Below, piece after piece: positions 9,426-17,090 of a stretch of DNA of 32,000 nt. Both the position numbers and the translations under genes were made by a program. Source of the DNA: Pseudoalteromonas translucida KMM 520 (GTDB taxonomy: Bacteria > Pseudomonadota > Gammaproteobacteria > Enterobacterales > Alteromonadaceae); assembly GCF_001465295.1 (NCBI RefSeq), contig NZ_CP011034.1:1380001-1412000 (forward strand), in the 5' to 3' direction. Under the pieces are notes generated by a model. That model was not told the origin of the DNA. It searched no databases and worked only from the letters and a program-made list of their open reading frames with translations. Each line of letters begins with the position of its first letter. The stretch's first letter is position 1.

Positions 9426-10271
9426 ATGACGGTAATGAGCAAAAACTATGTAGAAAACAACCCACATTTTTCTCAAGCAGAAATAGGGGCGGCTAGAAAA
9501 GTGTTTTTAGCGCACAGCTATAATAAACAAGTGCACTTATTAACAATAATGGATGTTGAAGAAGCGGTTGCTATTTTACAACACTGTTCAATTACTTATG
9601 TACAAGACTTAATAAGTCGTTTAGAAAAAGACGGATACGACAAACTCGCTCGACATTATGCGCATCAGTTGGGTTTTATTCATTCAGAAGTTGAAACAGC
9701 GCAAAGTTATTTAAATACCTCGGCACTGGGGCATGTACAACAGCGTATTGGCTGGATCGTCGTGTTAGCGTTATTAGGTATAGTATCTGGGTTAATTATT
9801 ACTCAATACGAAGACACATTAAGCCAGTTAGTATTGTTGGCAGTGTACATGCCGGTTATTGCGGCTGCGGGCGGTAACACAGGTTCACAAGCGGCAACTT
9901 TGGTAATACGGGCGTTAGCGACAGGCGAGCTGAAAAAAAGGCAATGGTTTGCTGTGCTTCTTAAAGAAAGCCAAATTGCAGTGTGTCTTGCGTTAGCGGT
10001 GGCGGGCGTAATGGTTATTCGAATTTTATTTTTTAGCGATGTTAAATCTGCAGGTGGGTTCGATTTAAATATAATTGCGATGGCCATTGCAGTGGCATTG
10101 TTTATTCAGGTAACTATTTCTACTACGTTAGGGGGGTTATTACCTATTTTAGCGCGGGCACTTAAGTTAGATCCCGCGGTATTAGTGAGCCCTGTATTGG
10201 CATCAATTGTTGATATATCAGGGATGTGGATTTACTTTACCGTAGTTAACTATTTTTTAGAAATAGGTTAA
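9426..10271 (+). CDS. Short MgtE-family divalent-cation channel: MgtE transmembrane domain with a short N-terminal domain and no CBS pair
   Basis: The C-terminal ~180 aa match the MgtE TM domain (...YMPVIAAAGGNTGSQAATLVIRALATGE..., ...PVLASIVDISGMWIYF...). The protein is only 281 aa, versus about 450 aa for canonical MgtE. A GGGAGA SD precedes the ATG. Confidence 0.7.
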   Translation: MTVMSKNYVENNPHFSQAEIGAARKVFLAHSYNKQVHLLTIMDVEEAVAILQHCSITYVQDLISRLEKDGYDKLARHYAHQLGFIHSEVETAQSYLNTSALGHVQQRIGWIVVLALLGIVSGLIITQYEDTLSQLVLLAVYMPVIAAAGGNTGSQAATLVIRALATGELKKRQWFAVLLKESQIAVCLALAVAGVMVIRILFFSDVKSAGGFDLNIIAMAIAVALFIQVTISTTLGGLLPILARALKLDPAVLVSPVLASIVDISGMWIYFTVVNYFLEIG

Positions 10272-10293
10272 ACCAAAAGTTTTAGGTTTATAT

Positions 10294-10335
10294 GTTTTGC
10301 GCTAATCACTTAACACTCAGTAATTAGCGCAAAAC
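10294..10335 (+). terminator. Long hairpin downstream of the MgtE-like gene (candidate terminator, weak U-tract)
   Basis: GTTTTGCGCTAAT-(16-nt loop)-ATTAGCGCAAAAC is a perfect 13-bp stem starting 22 nt after the stop. Confidence 0.45.
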
Positions 10336-10478
10336 CTAGTTTGAATATATTCTTGCGCATTTCCCTCCTCAAACAATTACTTTAACTAAAAATTCCTCTA
10401 GGTTATTCATCTGCCATCAATTTGATCTATGCTGATATGGAGCAATACGGTTTAACGTCCTCTCAAATAAGGAAAATA

Positions 10479-11537
10479 ATGGCTAATATACTTTATCCGG
10501 CACCTTTAAAAGTAGGCTCTAAAATTGCGGTGTGTTCGCTTTCAGAAGGGATCGCGGCTAAATATCATGCTCGTTTAGAGAGTGTAATAAATGGTTTAAA
10601 ACAGCGTGGCTATGAAGTAATTGAGGGGGCGTTTTTACGGCGCAGCGAAGCAACAGCAGAATTAGCTACCAAAGCCCATGCAGAGCAGTTAATGGGCTTT
10701 TTAGTTGACGATAGTATTGATGCAATTATGCCTCCCTTTGGTGGCGAGCTTGCGATGGAAATACTGCCGCAACTTGATTTTAATGCCATTAAACAGGCTA
10801 AACCCAAATGGCTTGTGGGATTTTCTGATGTGAGCACGGTGGCCTGTGCACTCACTGCTAAATGCCAATGGGCAACACTGCATTGTGCCAATTTAATGCA
10901 ATTGCACCCAAATGAAAAAAGCCCATATTGCTTACAAATATTTGAAACCCTAAGTTATGCAGCAAATAGTGAGTTTACCCAGGCACCATCTACACATTAT
11001 CAAAAAGCAGCCCCCGATTATGCACAGCATCCAGAAGCCTTATTTAATTATACCGAGGCGACTCAATGGCAATGCTTAAATTACTTTGATCAGCGTACTA
11101 TCGAAATGTCGGGGCGTTTATTTGGTGGCTGCCTAGATACCGTGGGTTTATTACTTGATTCACCATTTTTAGATCTGCATGAATTTAAAAAACACAGCGC
11201 GCCCGAAGGGCTAATTTTATACTTAGAAAACTCAGAATTAACCCCCACTACCGTAGCGCGATTTTTACTGGCGTTAAAACTAGCTGGTATATTTGACGAC
11301 ATTAACGGCATAATTATCGGCCGCAGTGAAATTACCCAAGGTAAAAACCCTGATTTTGACTATCGCCACGCATTAAATGTAGCGCTTGGAGGCTGCATTT
11401 TTCCGGTTATTATAGATGCCGATATAGGCCATATTGCACCTAACTTAAATTTAATTAATGGTGCTACTTGCACATTAATTGCCGATATAAACGAAGGCAG
11501 AGTAATAAAAGCGTCATTAAATACGTCGCTCTCTTAA
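10479..11537 (+). CDS. S66-family LD-carboxypeptidase / MccF-like serine peptidase
   Basis: The N-terminus PLKVGSKIAVCSLS, the nucleophile motif WLVGFSDVST and the C-terminal DADIGHIAPN (catalytic His) are typical of peptidase S66 (LdcA/MccF). The start was set at the ATG at 10479 behind an AAGGAAA SD instead of the upstream TTG at 10422. Confidence 0.8.
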   Translation: MANILYPAPLKVGSKIAVCSLSEGIAAKYHARLESVINGLKQRGYEVIEGAFLRRSEATAELATKAHAEQLMGFLVDDSIDAIMPPFGGELAMEILPQLDFNAIKQAKPKWLVGFSDVSTVACALTAKCQWATLHCANLMQLHPNEKSPYCLQIFETLSYAANSEFTQAPSTHYQKAAPDYAQHPEALFNYTEATQWQCLNYFDQRTIEMSGRLFGGCLDTVGLLLDSPFLDLHEFKKHSAPEGLILYLENSELTPTTVARFLLALKLAGIFDDINGIIIGRSEITQGKNPDFDYRHALNVALGGCIFPVIIDADIGHIAPNLNLINGATCTLIADINEGRVIKASLNTSLS

Positions 11538-11599
11538 TTGGCTTTGAATAACGTGTCGGTACAGGGGTATAATAAGTTGGCTTTTATAATACGTTATTT

Positions 11600-11780
11600 A
11601 AGTACATTCTCAGGGCGGGGCGAAATTCCCCACCGGCGGTATGTTTAACTCACTATTTTTAATTACATTTGTAGTGTTTAAATAAGCCCGCGAGCGCTTT
11701 GTTGTTTTATATAATACCAAAGGTCAGCAGATCTGGTGAGATGCCAGAGCCGACGGTTACAGTCCGGATGAAAGAGAATA
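11600..11780 (+). promoter_or_regulatory. FMN riboswitch (RFN element) controlling ribB
   Basis: Canonical conserved blocks are present: TTCTCAGGGCGGGGCGAAATTCCCCACCGGCGGTA ... AGCCCGCGAGCG ... GGTCAGCAGATCTGGTGAGATGCCAGAGCCGACGGTTACAGTCCGGATGAAAGAGAA. P1 closes as ATTCTC/GAGAAT. A wobble-rich hairpin at 11802-11826 and a T6 run at 11834-11839 follow. Confidence 0.95.
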
Positions 11781-11939
11781 TGGCTTAAATATAGCGTTAA
11801 TAGTGCACGGCTTTTGGCTGTGTGCTATTTGCGTTTTTTAATTTAAGTTATTGTTGGTACTTATACTTTAATGCTTTTAGAGTTTATTTTATCGATCCTT
11901 TCAGTGTCCTGAATCTATTTATTTTTAATCAGGAATATA

Positions 11940-12596
11940 ATGATGATTCAGTCTCTACTTACTCAATTTGGCGAGCCGTTAACGCGCGTCGAAAATGCCA
12001 TTACCGCACTACAGCAAGGCCAAGGTGTATTGGTTGTTGATGACGAAAACCGTGAAAACGAAGGTGACTTTGTATTTTCAGCCGAGCATTTAACCACCGC
12101 ACAAATGGCTGAGATGATCCGCGAAGGCAGCGGCATTGTGTGTTTATGCATGGGGGAGGAGCGCATAAAGCAGCTCGACCTACCGCAAATGGTTACTCAT
12201 AACACCAGTCAAAATAACACCGCTTACACCATAACCATTGAGGCCAAAGAGGGCGTAACTACCGGCGTTTCTGCAGCCGATAGAGTTACAACTATTAAAG
12301 CCGCCACAGCCGACAATGCTAAACCTGCGGATTTATCACGCCCAGGGCATGTATTTGGCTTAAAAGCTAAAACGGGTGGAGTACTGGTACGCCGTGGCCA
12401 TACCGAAGCATCTGTTGATTTAATGCAACTTGCCGGTTTAAAGCCGTTTGGTGTTATTTGCGAGCTAACTAACCCCGATGGCTCAATGGCGCGTTTACCT
12501 GAGGTGAGCGGTTATGCAAATAAGCATAATATGCCAGTGGTATCGATTGAAGATTTAGTGCAGTACATTCAAATTGCACAACAAAAAGTAAGTTAA
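11940..12596 (+). CDS. ribB: 3,4-dihydroxy-2-butanone-4-phosphate synthase
   Basis: ...[37 protein letters not shown]...GSGIVCLC...RPGHVF.L....GGVL.R.GHTEA..DL is collinear with E. coli RibB and is preceded by the RFN element. Confidence 0.95.
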   Translation: MMIQSLLTQFGEPLTRVENAITALQQGQGVLVVDDENRENEGDFVFSAEHLTTAQMAEMIREGSGIVCLCMGEERIKQLDLPQMVTHNTSQNNTAYTITIEAKEGVTTGVSAADRVTTIKAATADNAKPADLSRPGHVFGLKAKTGGVLVRRGHTEASVDLMQLAGLKPFGVICELTNPDGSMARLPEVSGYANKHNMPVVSIEDLVQYIQIAQQKVS

Positions 12597-12603
12597 CAGC
12601 AAT

Positions 12604-12642
12604 AAAAGACCCCTGTTTAATTTAATTAAACAGGGGTTTTAA
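12604..12642. terminator. Bidirectional terminator between ribB and the nitroreductase gene
   Basis: CCCCTGTTTAA...TTAAACAGGGG forms a stem of about 11 bp. AAAAGA flanks the left arm and TTTTAATT the right arm. It lies between convergent stops at 12596 and 12669. Confidence 0.85.
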
Positions 12643-12668
12643 TTATTATAAACGTGCGATAAGCGCGA

Positions 12669-13325
12669 TTATAAAACCTGAATTACTTGCTCAGCGTCTA
12701 AACGCGATTTAGGTAATTTAGCATTATAGTCCTCAGCGCTATCGTGATAGCCCAGTGCTAATGCAACATCACATACGTAACCATCTAATTCTTTAGCAAA
12801 AATTTCGCCAAGTAACTGCGCATCTACGCCTTCCATTGGGGTTGAGTCAATGCCTAAACGAGCAGCTGCGTGCATGGTATTACCAAGTGCAATGTAAGTT
12901 TGCGCTTTAGTCCAAGTTGCATTATTGCCTTGCTCATCGGTATTCATATCTACAAACGCAAATGCGCCAAAAGCGTGTTCACGGTTTTCGCTTTGCGTGC
13001 GCCCATTTTTAATATCTGTGTCTATAACGCGTGCGTAATCATCACGGGTATAGTTAGTTTTGTGAGCAAAAAGCACAATATGCGATGCTGTTTTAGCGTG
13101 TTTTTGATTAAACTGAAACATATTAGCAAAGCTGTCATGAAAACGTTGTTTAGCCTGATCAGACTCAATAACAATAAACTTCCACGGTTGTGAGTTAATT
13201 GATGAAGGCGATAAACGCATAGCTTCATAAATTACGTTAATGTCGTGATCGCTAATACGTTTAGCTGCATCATAATGTTTGGCCGTGTGGCGTTTTTCTA
13301 AATCGCTAATAATAGGGTGAGTCAT
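12669..13325 (-). CDS. Oxygen-insensitive NAD(P)H nitroreductase (NfsB / FRase I family)
   Basis: The 218-aa product has ...KRHTAKHYD....I......I.EAMRLSPSSINSQPWKFIV... and a C-terminal ...YNAKLPKSRL.... It is collinear with E. coli NfsB. Confidence 0.85.
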   Translation of the reverse strand: MTHPIISDLEKRHTAKHYDAAKRISDHDINVIYEAMRLSPSSINSQPWKFIVIESDQAKQRFHDSFANMFQFNQKHAKTASHIVLFAHKTNYTRDDYARVIDTDIKNGRTQSENREHAFGAFAFVDMNTDEQGNNATWTKAQTYIALGNTMHAAARLGIDSTPMEGVDAQLLGEIFAKELDGYVCDVALALGYHDSAEDYNAKLPKSRLDAEQVIQVL

Positions 13326-13493
13326 GGTTTTCTCCGGGTAAATTTAATTTTAAAACAATCATACTTAACAGATAAAAATTAACGATTGGTTAGCGTAATA
13401 AGTGCTTAGTGCGAATGGCAGCTAATATACGCTTTGCTTTGTGAAAAATAAACAGCATAATAATTGAAACATTATCAAATAAAAATAGATAAT

Positions 13494-14429
13494 ATGCAGA
13501 TAGACGATCTTAAGCTTATTTTAAAAGTTGCAGAGTTTAGAAGTATTACTTTAGCAGCAGCAAAATGCGATATGCGCACTGCAACCGCGAGTGCCGCCAT
13601 TAAGCGTGTAGAGTTAGCCCTTGGCAGTGAGCTGTTTATAAGAACAACACGCCACTTACGCCTTTCGGCAGCGGGTGAGCGCTACATTCCTCAGTGCGAG
13701 CAAGCAATTGCGGTGCTAGAGCAAGCAAAACAAAACCTCAAAGGCGAACACGATGAAATTGAGGGAGAGTTGCGCGTTGCACTTTCATCAGATTTTGGGC
13801 GTAATTTAGTGATCCCCTGGATTGATGAGCTCATGGATAATTACCCAAAACTCAGTTTAAGAACACATATAAGCGACAGTAACGTCGATTTTTATCGTGA
13901 TTCGGTCGATATAGCGCTGCGTTATGGATCTCCTAGCGATACTAATATGTATGGTTTTAAAATTTGTAACGTTCCACGGCTCCTTTGCGCCACTAAAGAA
14001 TACTTAATAGCACATGGCAGCCCCAATCACCCAGACGAATTGAATCGTCATCAAGGTATGTTTTATCAACTACAAGACATTATAAATAACAACTGGGAAT
14101 TTACCGACGGGCAAAGTAAGTTTAAAGTTAAAATGCAAGGTAGGCGTGCCTCTAACGATGGCGATTTAGTTAGGCGCTGGTGCGTTGCAGGTAAAGGGCT
14201 GGCGGTTAAGTCAGCGCTCGATATAGCAGACGATTTACTGGCCGATAGGGTGGTTACGCTGATGCCAAACTATCAACATGTTAGCGGTGAGTTATGGCTT
14301 ATTTGCCCAAGCAGGCAATCGATTACTCCAGCAGTGCGTTTACTGCGCGATGTGTGCCGCGAAAAATGCCGCACAATTTTAAAACAGTTAATTGCCAAAG
14401 GTATTATAGATAAAAGTGTATTGGACTAG
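13494..14429 (+). CDS. LysR-family transcriptional regulator
   Basis: An N-terminal wHTH (MQIDDLKLILKVAEFRSITLAAAKCDMRTATASAAIKRVELALGSELFIRTTR) is followed by a LysR substrate-binding domain. The gene is divergent from the nitroreductase gene. The start was set at the ATG at 13494; the ORF-track TTG at 13464 adds 10 residues. Confidence 0.85.
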   Translation: MQIDDLKLILKVAEFRSITLAAAKCDMRTATASAAIKRVELALGSELFIRTTRHLRLSAAGERYIPQCEQAIAVLEQAKQNLKGEHDEIEGELRVALSSDFGRNLVIPWIDELMDNYPKLSLRTHISDSNVDFYRDSVDIALRYGSPSDTNMYGFKICNVPRLLCATKEYLIAHGSPNHPDELNRHQGMFYQLQDIINNNWEFTDGQSKFKVKMQGRRASNDGDLVRRWCVAGKGLAVKSALDIADDLLADRVVTLMPNYQHVSGELWLICPSRQSITPAVRLLRDVCREKCRTILKQLIAKGIIDKSVLD

Positions 14430-14549
14430 CCACTTATTTACGCTTGATAATTTTAAGTGTAGGGTATAAATATAAGGCTTTAGCTTAAGGTGGTAAATAT
14501 TAAGTCGGGCAGTTAAATTTAAATAAAGGACTTTTAATAAGGTGTGCTT

Positions 14550-15173
14550 ATGGATTATTTAGTTGCAACCGTATTTTTTGCTGTGTCAGCTTCGGTCACT
14601 CCTGGGCCAAATAACATCATGCTTATGACCTCAGGGGTAAACTTTGGCGTGCGAAAAAGCCTACCTTTACTTACGGGGATCTGTATTGGTTTTGCCTTAA
14701 TGATACTACTCATTGGCTTAGGCTTTGGGCAATTATTTGCGTTATTCCCTAATTTGCATTTAATTATTAAGTGCTTAGGAACACTGTACTTGCTGTATTT
14801 AGCATGGCTTATTGCTAAATCTGGCAGTGTTAACTCAACAAATAGCCAAACCAAACCGCTTACTTTTATAAAAGGAGCATTATTTCAGTGGGTAAATGGT
14901 AAAGCATGGGTTGTAGCCACCGGCGCTATTGCGGCGTTTACAACCGTTGGCGCAGGTTATTACGGGCAAAGTTTTACATTAGCACTGACGTTTTTGTTGG
15001 TTGCTTTTCCGTGTGCGGGAGTGTGGTTATTTTTTGGTACATTATTAAAGCAAGTATTAAAGTCTGAACGTTATAGACGCTACTTTAATTATACTATGTC
15101 GGCGTTACTGGTTTTATCGGTAGCACCTGTGGTGAAAGAAATTACGCTGCAGGTATTCTCCCAAGGCGTTTAA
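14550..15173 (+). CDS. LysE/RhtB-family amino-acid efflux translocator
   Basis: The product is about 207 aa with six TM segments. The N-terminal motif ...SVTPGPNNIMLMTSGVNFG.RKSLP is typical of the LysE/RhtB family. A TAAGGTG SD lies 6-7 nt before the ATG at 14550. Confidence 0.85.
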   Translation: MDYLVATVFFAVSASVTPGPNNIMLMTSGVNFGVRKSLPLLTGICIGFALMILLIGLGFGQLFALFPNLHLIIKCLGTLYLLYLAWLIAKSGSVNSTNSQTKPLTFIKGALFQWVNGKAWVVATGAIAAFTTVGAGYYGQSFTLALTFLLVAFPCAGVWLFFGTLLKQVLKSERYRRYFNYTMSALLVLSVAPVVKEITLQVFSQGV

Positions 15174-15235
15174 ACAAAACACCTTGAGAGCAAATTTTAA
15201 CAATAAAAAGTCAACAGCCCTAGGCTCGCTTATTA

Positions 15236-16906
15236 TTAAAAGTCGGGCGCAACTGTAAACTCTAACGGCTGATGATTAATCGGGTGGCAAAACGATAAGT
15301 ACTCGGCATGTAAATGTAATCTATTGGCTTTTTCACCGTAGTGATCATCGCCAACTATGGGCATATTTAAGCCTAACTTATGCGCGCAATGTACTCTTAG
15401 TTGGTGCGTACGCCCCGTTTTAGGGTAAAGGTGCAAGCGGGTAATATTATCTTTTCGCTCTAATACCTGCCAAGTAGTAAGGGATGCTTTACCGTATTGA
15501 TAACACACTAACTGACGTGGTTTATCATCAAAATCTAAGCGCAAAGGTAAGTCAATTGTGCCGCTGTTTTCAACTACATTTCCGGCAACTAAAGCAACGT
15601 AACGTTTTTCGATGGTACGCTCTATAAACTGTTTTTGCAGGGCCTTATGGGCTCTTTTATTGAGTGCAATAATTAATAACCCTGACGTCGACATATCTAA
15701 GCGATGCACAATGAGCGGGCCGGTAGCGTGTGGAAATTGTGTTTTAATGCGCAAATAAACCGAGTCTTCAATATTAACCCCAGGAACGGACAAAAACTCA
15801 GCCGGTTTATTGATCACTAATATGTCGTGATCTTGGTAAATAATAGTTAAATCTTTACCAATAGCAGGGTTGATCAATAATGGGTTTTCTTCTACATGTA
15901 AGCCTTTGAGCATATGCCCTAAAATAGGTTGGCATTTACTATAACAAGACGGGTAGTAATGTTTATGATGCCTAATAGCTGATTTAGGCGCAGCGCCCCA
16001 CCAAAATTCTGCCAAAGATAAAGGTTTTAAATTATGTTGATACGCATATTGCAATAACTTAGGCGCGGCGCAATCTCCTGCGCCTGCTGGTGGCGTATGT
16101 TCAGGCAAAGGTGCAAAAATAGCGTTTAGATCTTTGGTTTCGTTATCGGCATTTAAAAACTGGTATTGCGCAAACAGCTTTTTTTGTAAATTTTTAGAAA
16201 GTGTTTTACGGCGCTTTTTTAAGTGTGCAATTTCATCAGTAATATTATTTAGAGCTTGCTGCAGGGTGTCGAGTTTACTTTGCCATTGCTGCTTTAGTGC
16301 TTGTAGTTGCTTTTTTTCGACAATACTTTGCCCAGCTAATTGAATTTTTAGCTGCTCAAAGTCAGTTGGAGATAACTGAGTACTTGCATCAGTACGTTGT
16401 TGTTTACGCATTCGGCGGCTAACTTGCATTAACGCTTGCTGCGCTTCTAACTGCTGCTGATAAGTGGCATTGGCTTGGTTAAATGCGTTATTAAGAGTGC
16501 TAAATTGCTCACTATTTTCAAGCTGCTCAAATTGGGCGTTAATATTATTAATAATGCTGCTTTGTGCTAAATACTCAGCATCGTGTAGCTGCATATCGGC
16601 CACGGCAGGTACAAAGTTAATTTTACTGCTTACGCCTTCAAGTTGCCCTGAGTAAGCGGCTAAATAACCAAGCTGTTGCTGATTATTTTGCACCACTAGT
16701 ACACCAAACATTTTACCCGACTCTTCATTATTAGCTGGATTTGCCAAGTACTCTAACTGTGTTTCGAGCTGTTGTTGCAACTGCTCGGTTGCTGCTACAG
16801 CAATTGCTTTAGGCTCATAGTAAAAAGGAAAAGTAAATTTGTCTGGTAGCGCAATGTGATTTACAGGCGCTGAAAATAGCGTAAAGCAAGAAGCAATATT
16901 TGGCAT
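15236..16906 (-). CDS. RluA-family pseudouridine synthase with a ~290-aa N-terminal extension (Q-rich coiled coil plus Cys motifs)
   Basis: The C-terminal ~230 aa carry RluA motifs (ILVINKPAEFLSVPG, catalytic HRLDMSTSGLL, GRTHQLRVH, LHLHA). The start is uncertain: ATG at 16906 (MPNIASC...) or TTG at 16948. Neither has a good SD. Confidence 0.8.
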   Translation of the reverse strand: MPNIASCFTLFSAPVNHIALPDKFTFPFYYEPKAIAVAATEQLQQQLETQLEYLANPANNEESGKMFGVLVVQNNQQQLGYLAAYSGQLEGVSSKINFVPAVADMQLHDAEYLAQSSIINNINAQFEQLENSEQFSTLNNAFNQANATYQQQLEAQQALMQVSRRMRKQQRTDASTQLSPTDFEQLKIQLAGQSIVEKKQLQALKQQWQSKLDTLQQALNNITDEIAHLKKRRKTLSKNLQKKLFAQYQFLNADNETKDLNAIFAPLPEHTPPAGAGDCAAPKLLQYAYQHNLKPLSLAEFWWGAAPKSAIRHHKHYYPSCYSKCQPILGHMLKGLHVEENPLLINPAIGKDLTIIYQDHDILVINKPAEFLSVPGVNIEDSVYLRIKTQFPHATGPLIVHRLDMSTSGLLIIALNKRAHKALQKQFIERTIEKRYVALVAGNVVENSGTIDLPLRLDFDDKPRQLVCYQYGKASLTTWQVLERKDNITRLHLYPKTGRTHQLRVHCAHKLGLNMPIVGDDHYGEKANRLHLHAEYLSFCHPINHQPLEFTVAPDF

Positions 16907-17032
16907 GGGTAATATAATAATGAAATTTTTAACGAGATAATTAGCCAATATAATAACATAGTCGTTGCTATGTCACTAAGTGTGTTGTGTAACCTGTGTT
17001 ATCCATATTTCAGGTAAGTTGTGGCGTTGCGA

Positions 17033-17066
17033 TTAAAAAAAGCTCGGTATTAAATACCGAGCTTTG
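17033..17066 (-). terminator. Rho-independent terminator of the RND efflux operon
   Basis: The minus strand reads AAAGCTCGGTAT-TTA-ATACCGAGCTTT followed by TTTTTTTAA, 25 nt after the stop at 17091. Confidence 0.85.
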
Positions 17067-17090
17067 TAGGTTGGGTTGGACTGTTTATAA

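Noticed and set aside
11822-12040. 72-aa + strand ORF overlapping the ribB leader and start
   Set aside because: It starts inside the riboswitch expression platform in a different frame from ribB and has an implausible Phe/Tyr/Asn-rich sequence. The ribB frame explains the region.
13406-13425. LysR-type T-N11-A box (TTAGTGCGAATGGCAGCTAA) between the nitroreductase and LysR genes
   Set aside because: The dyad is only TTAG/CTAA with a 12-nt spacer. That is too short and degenerate to call without comparative data.
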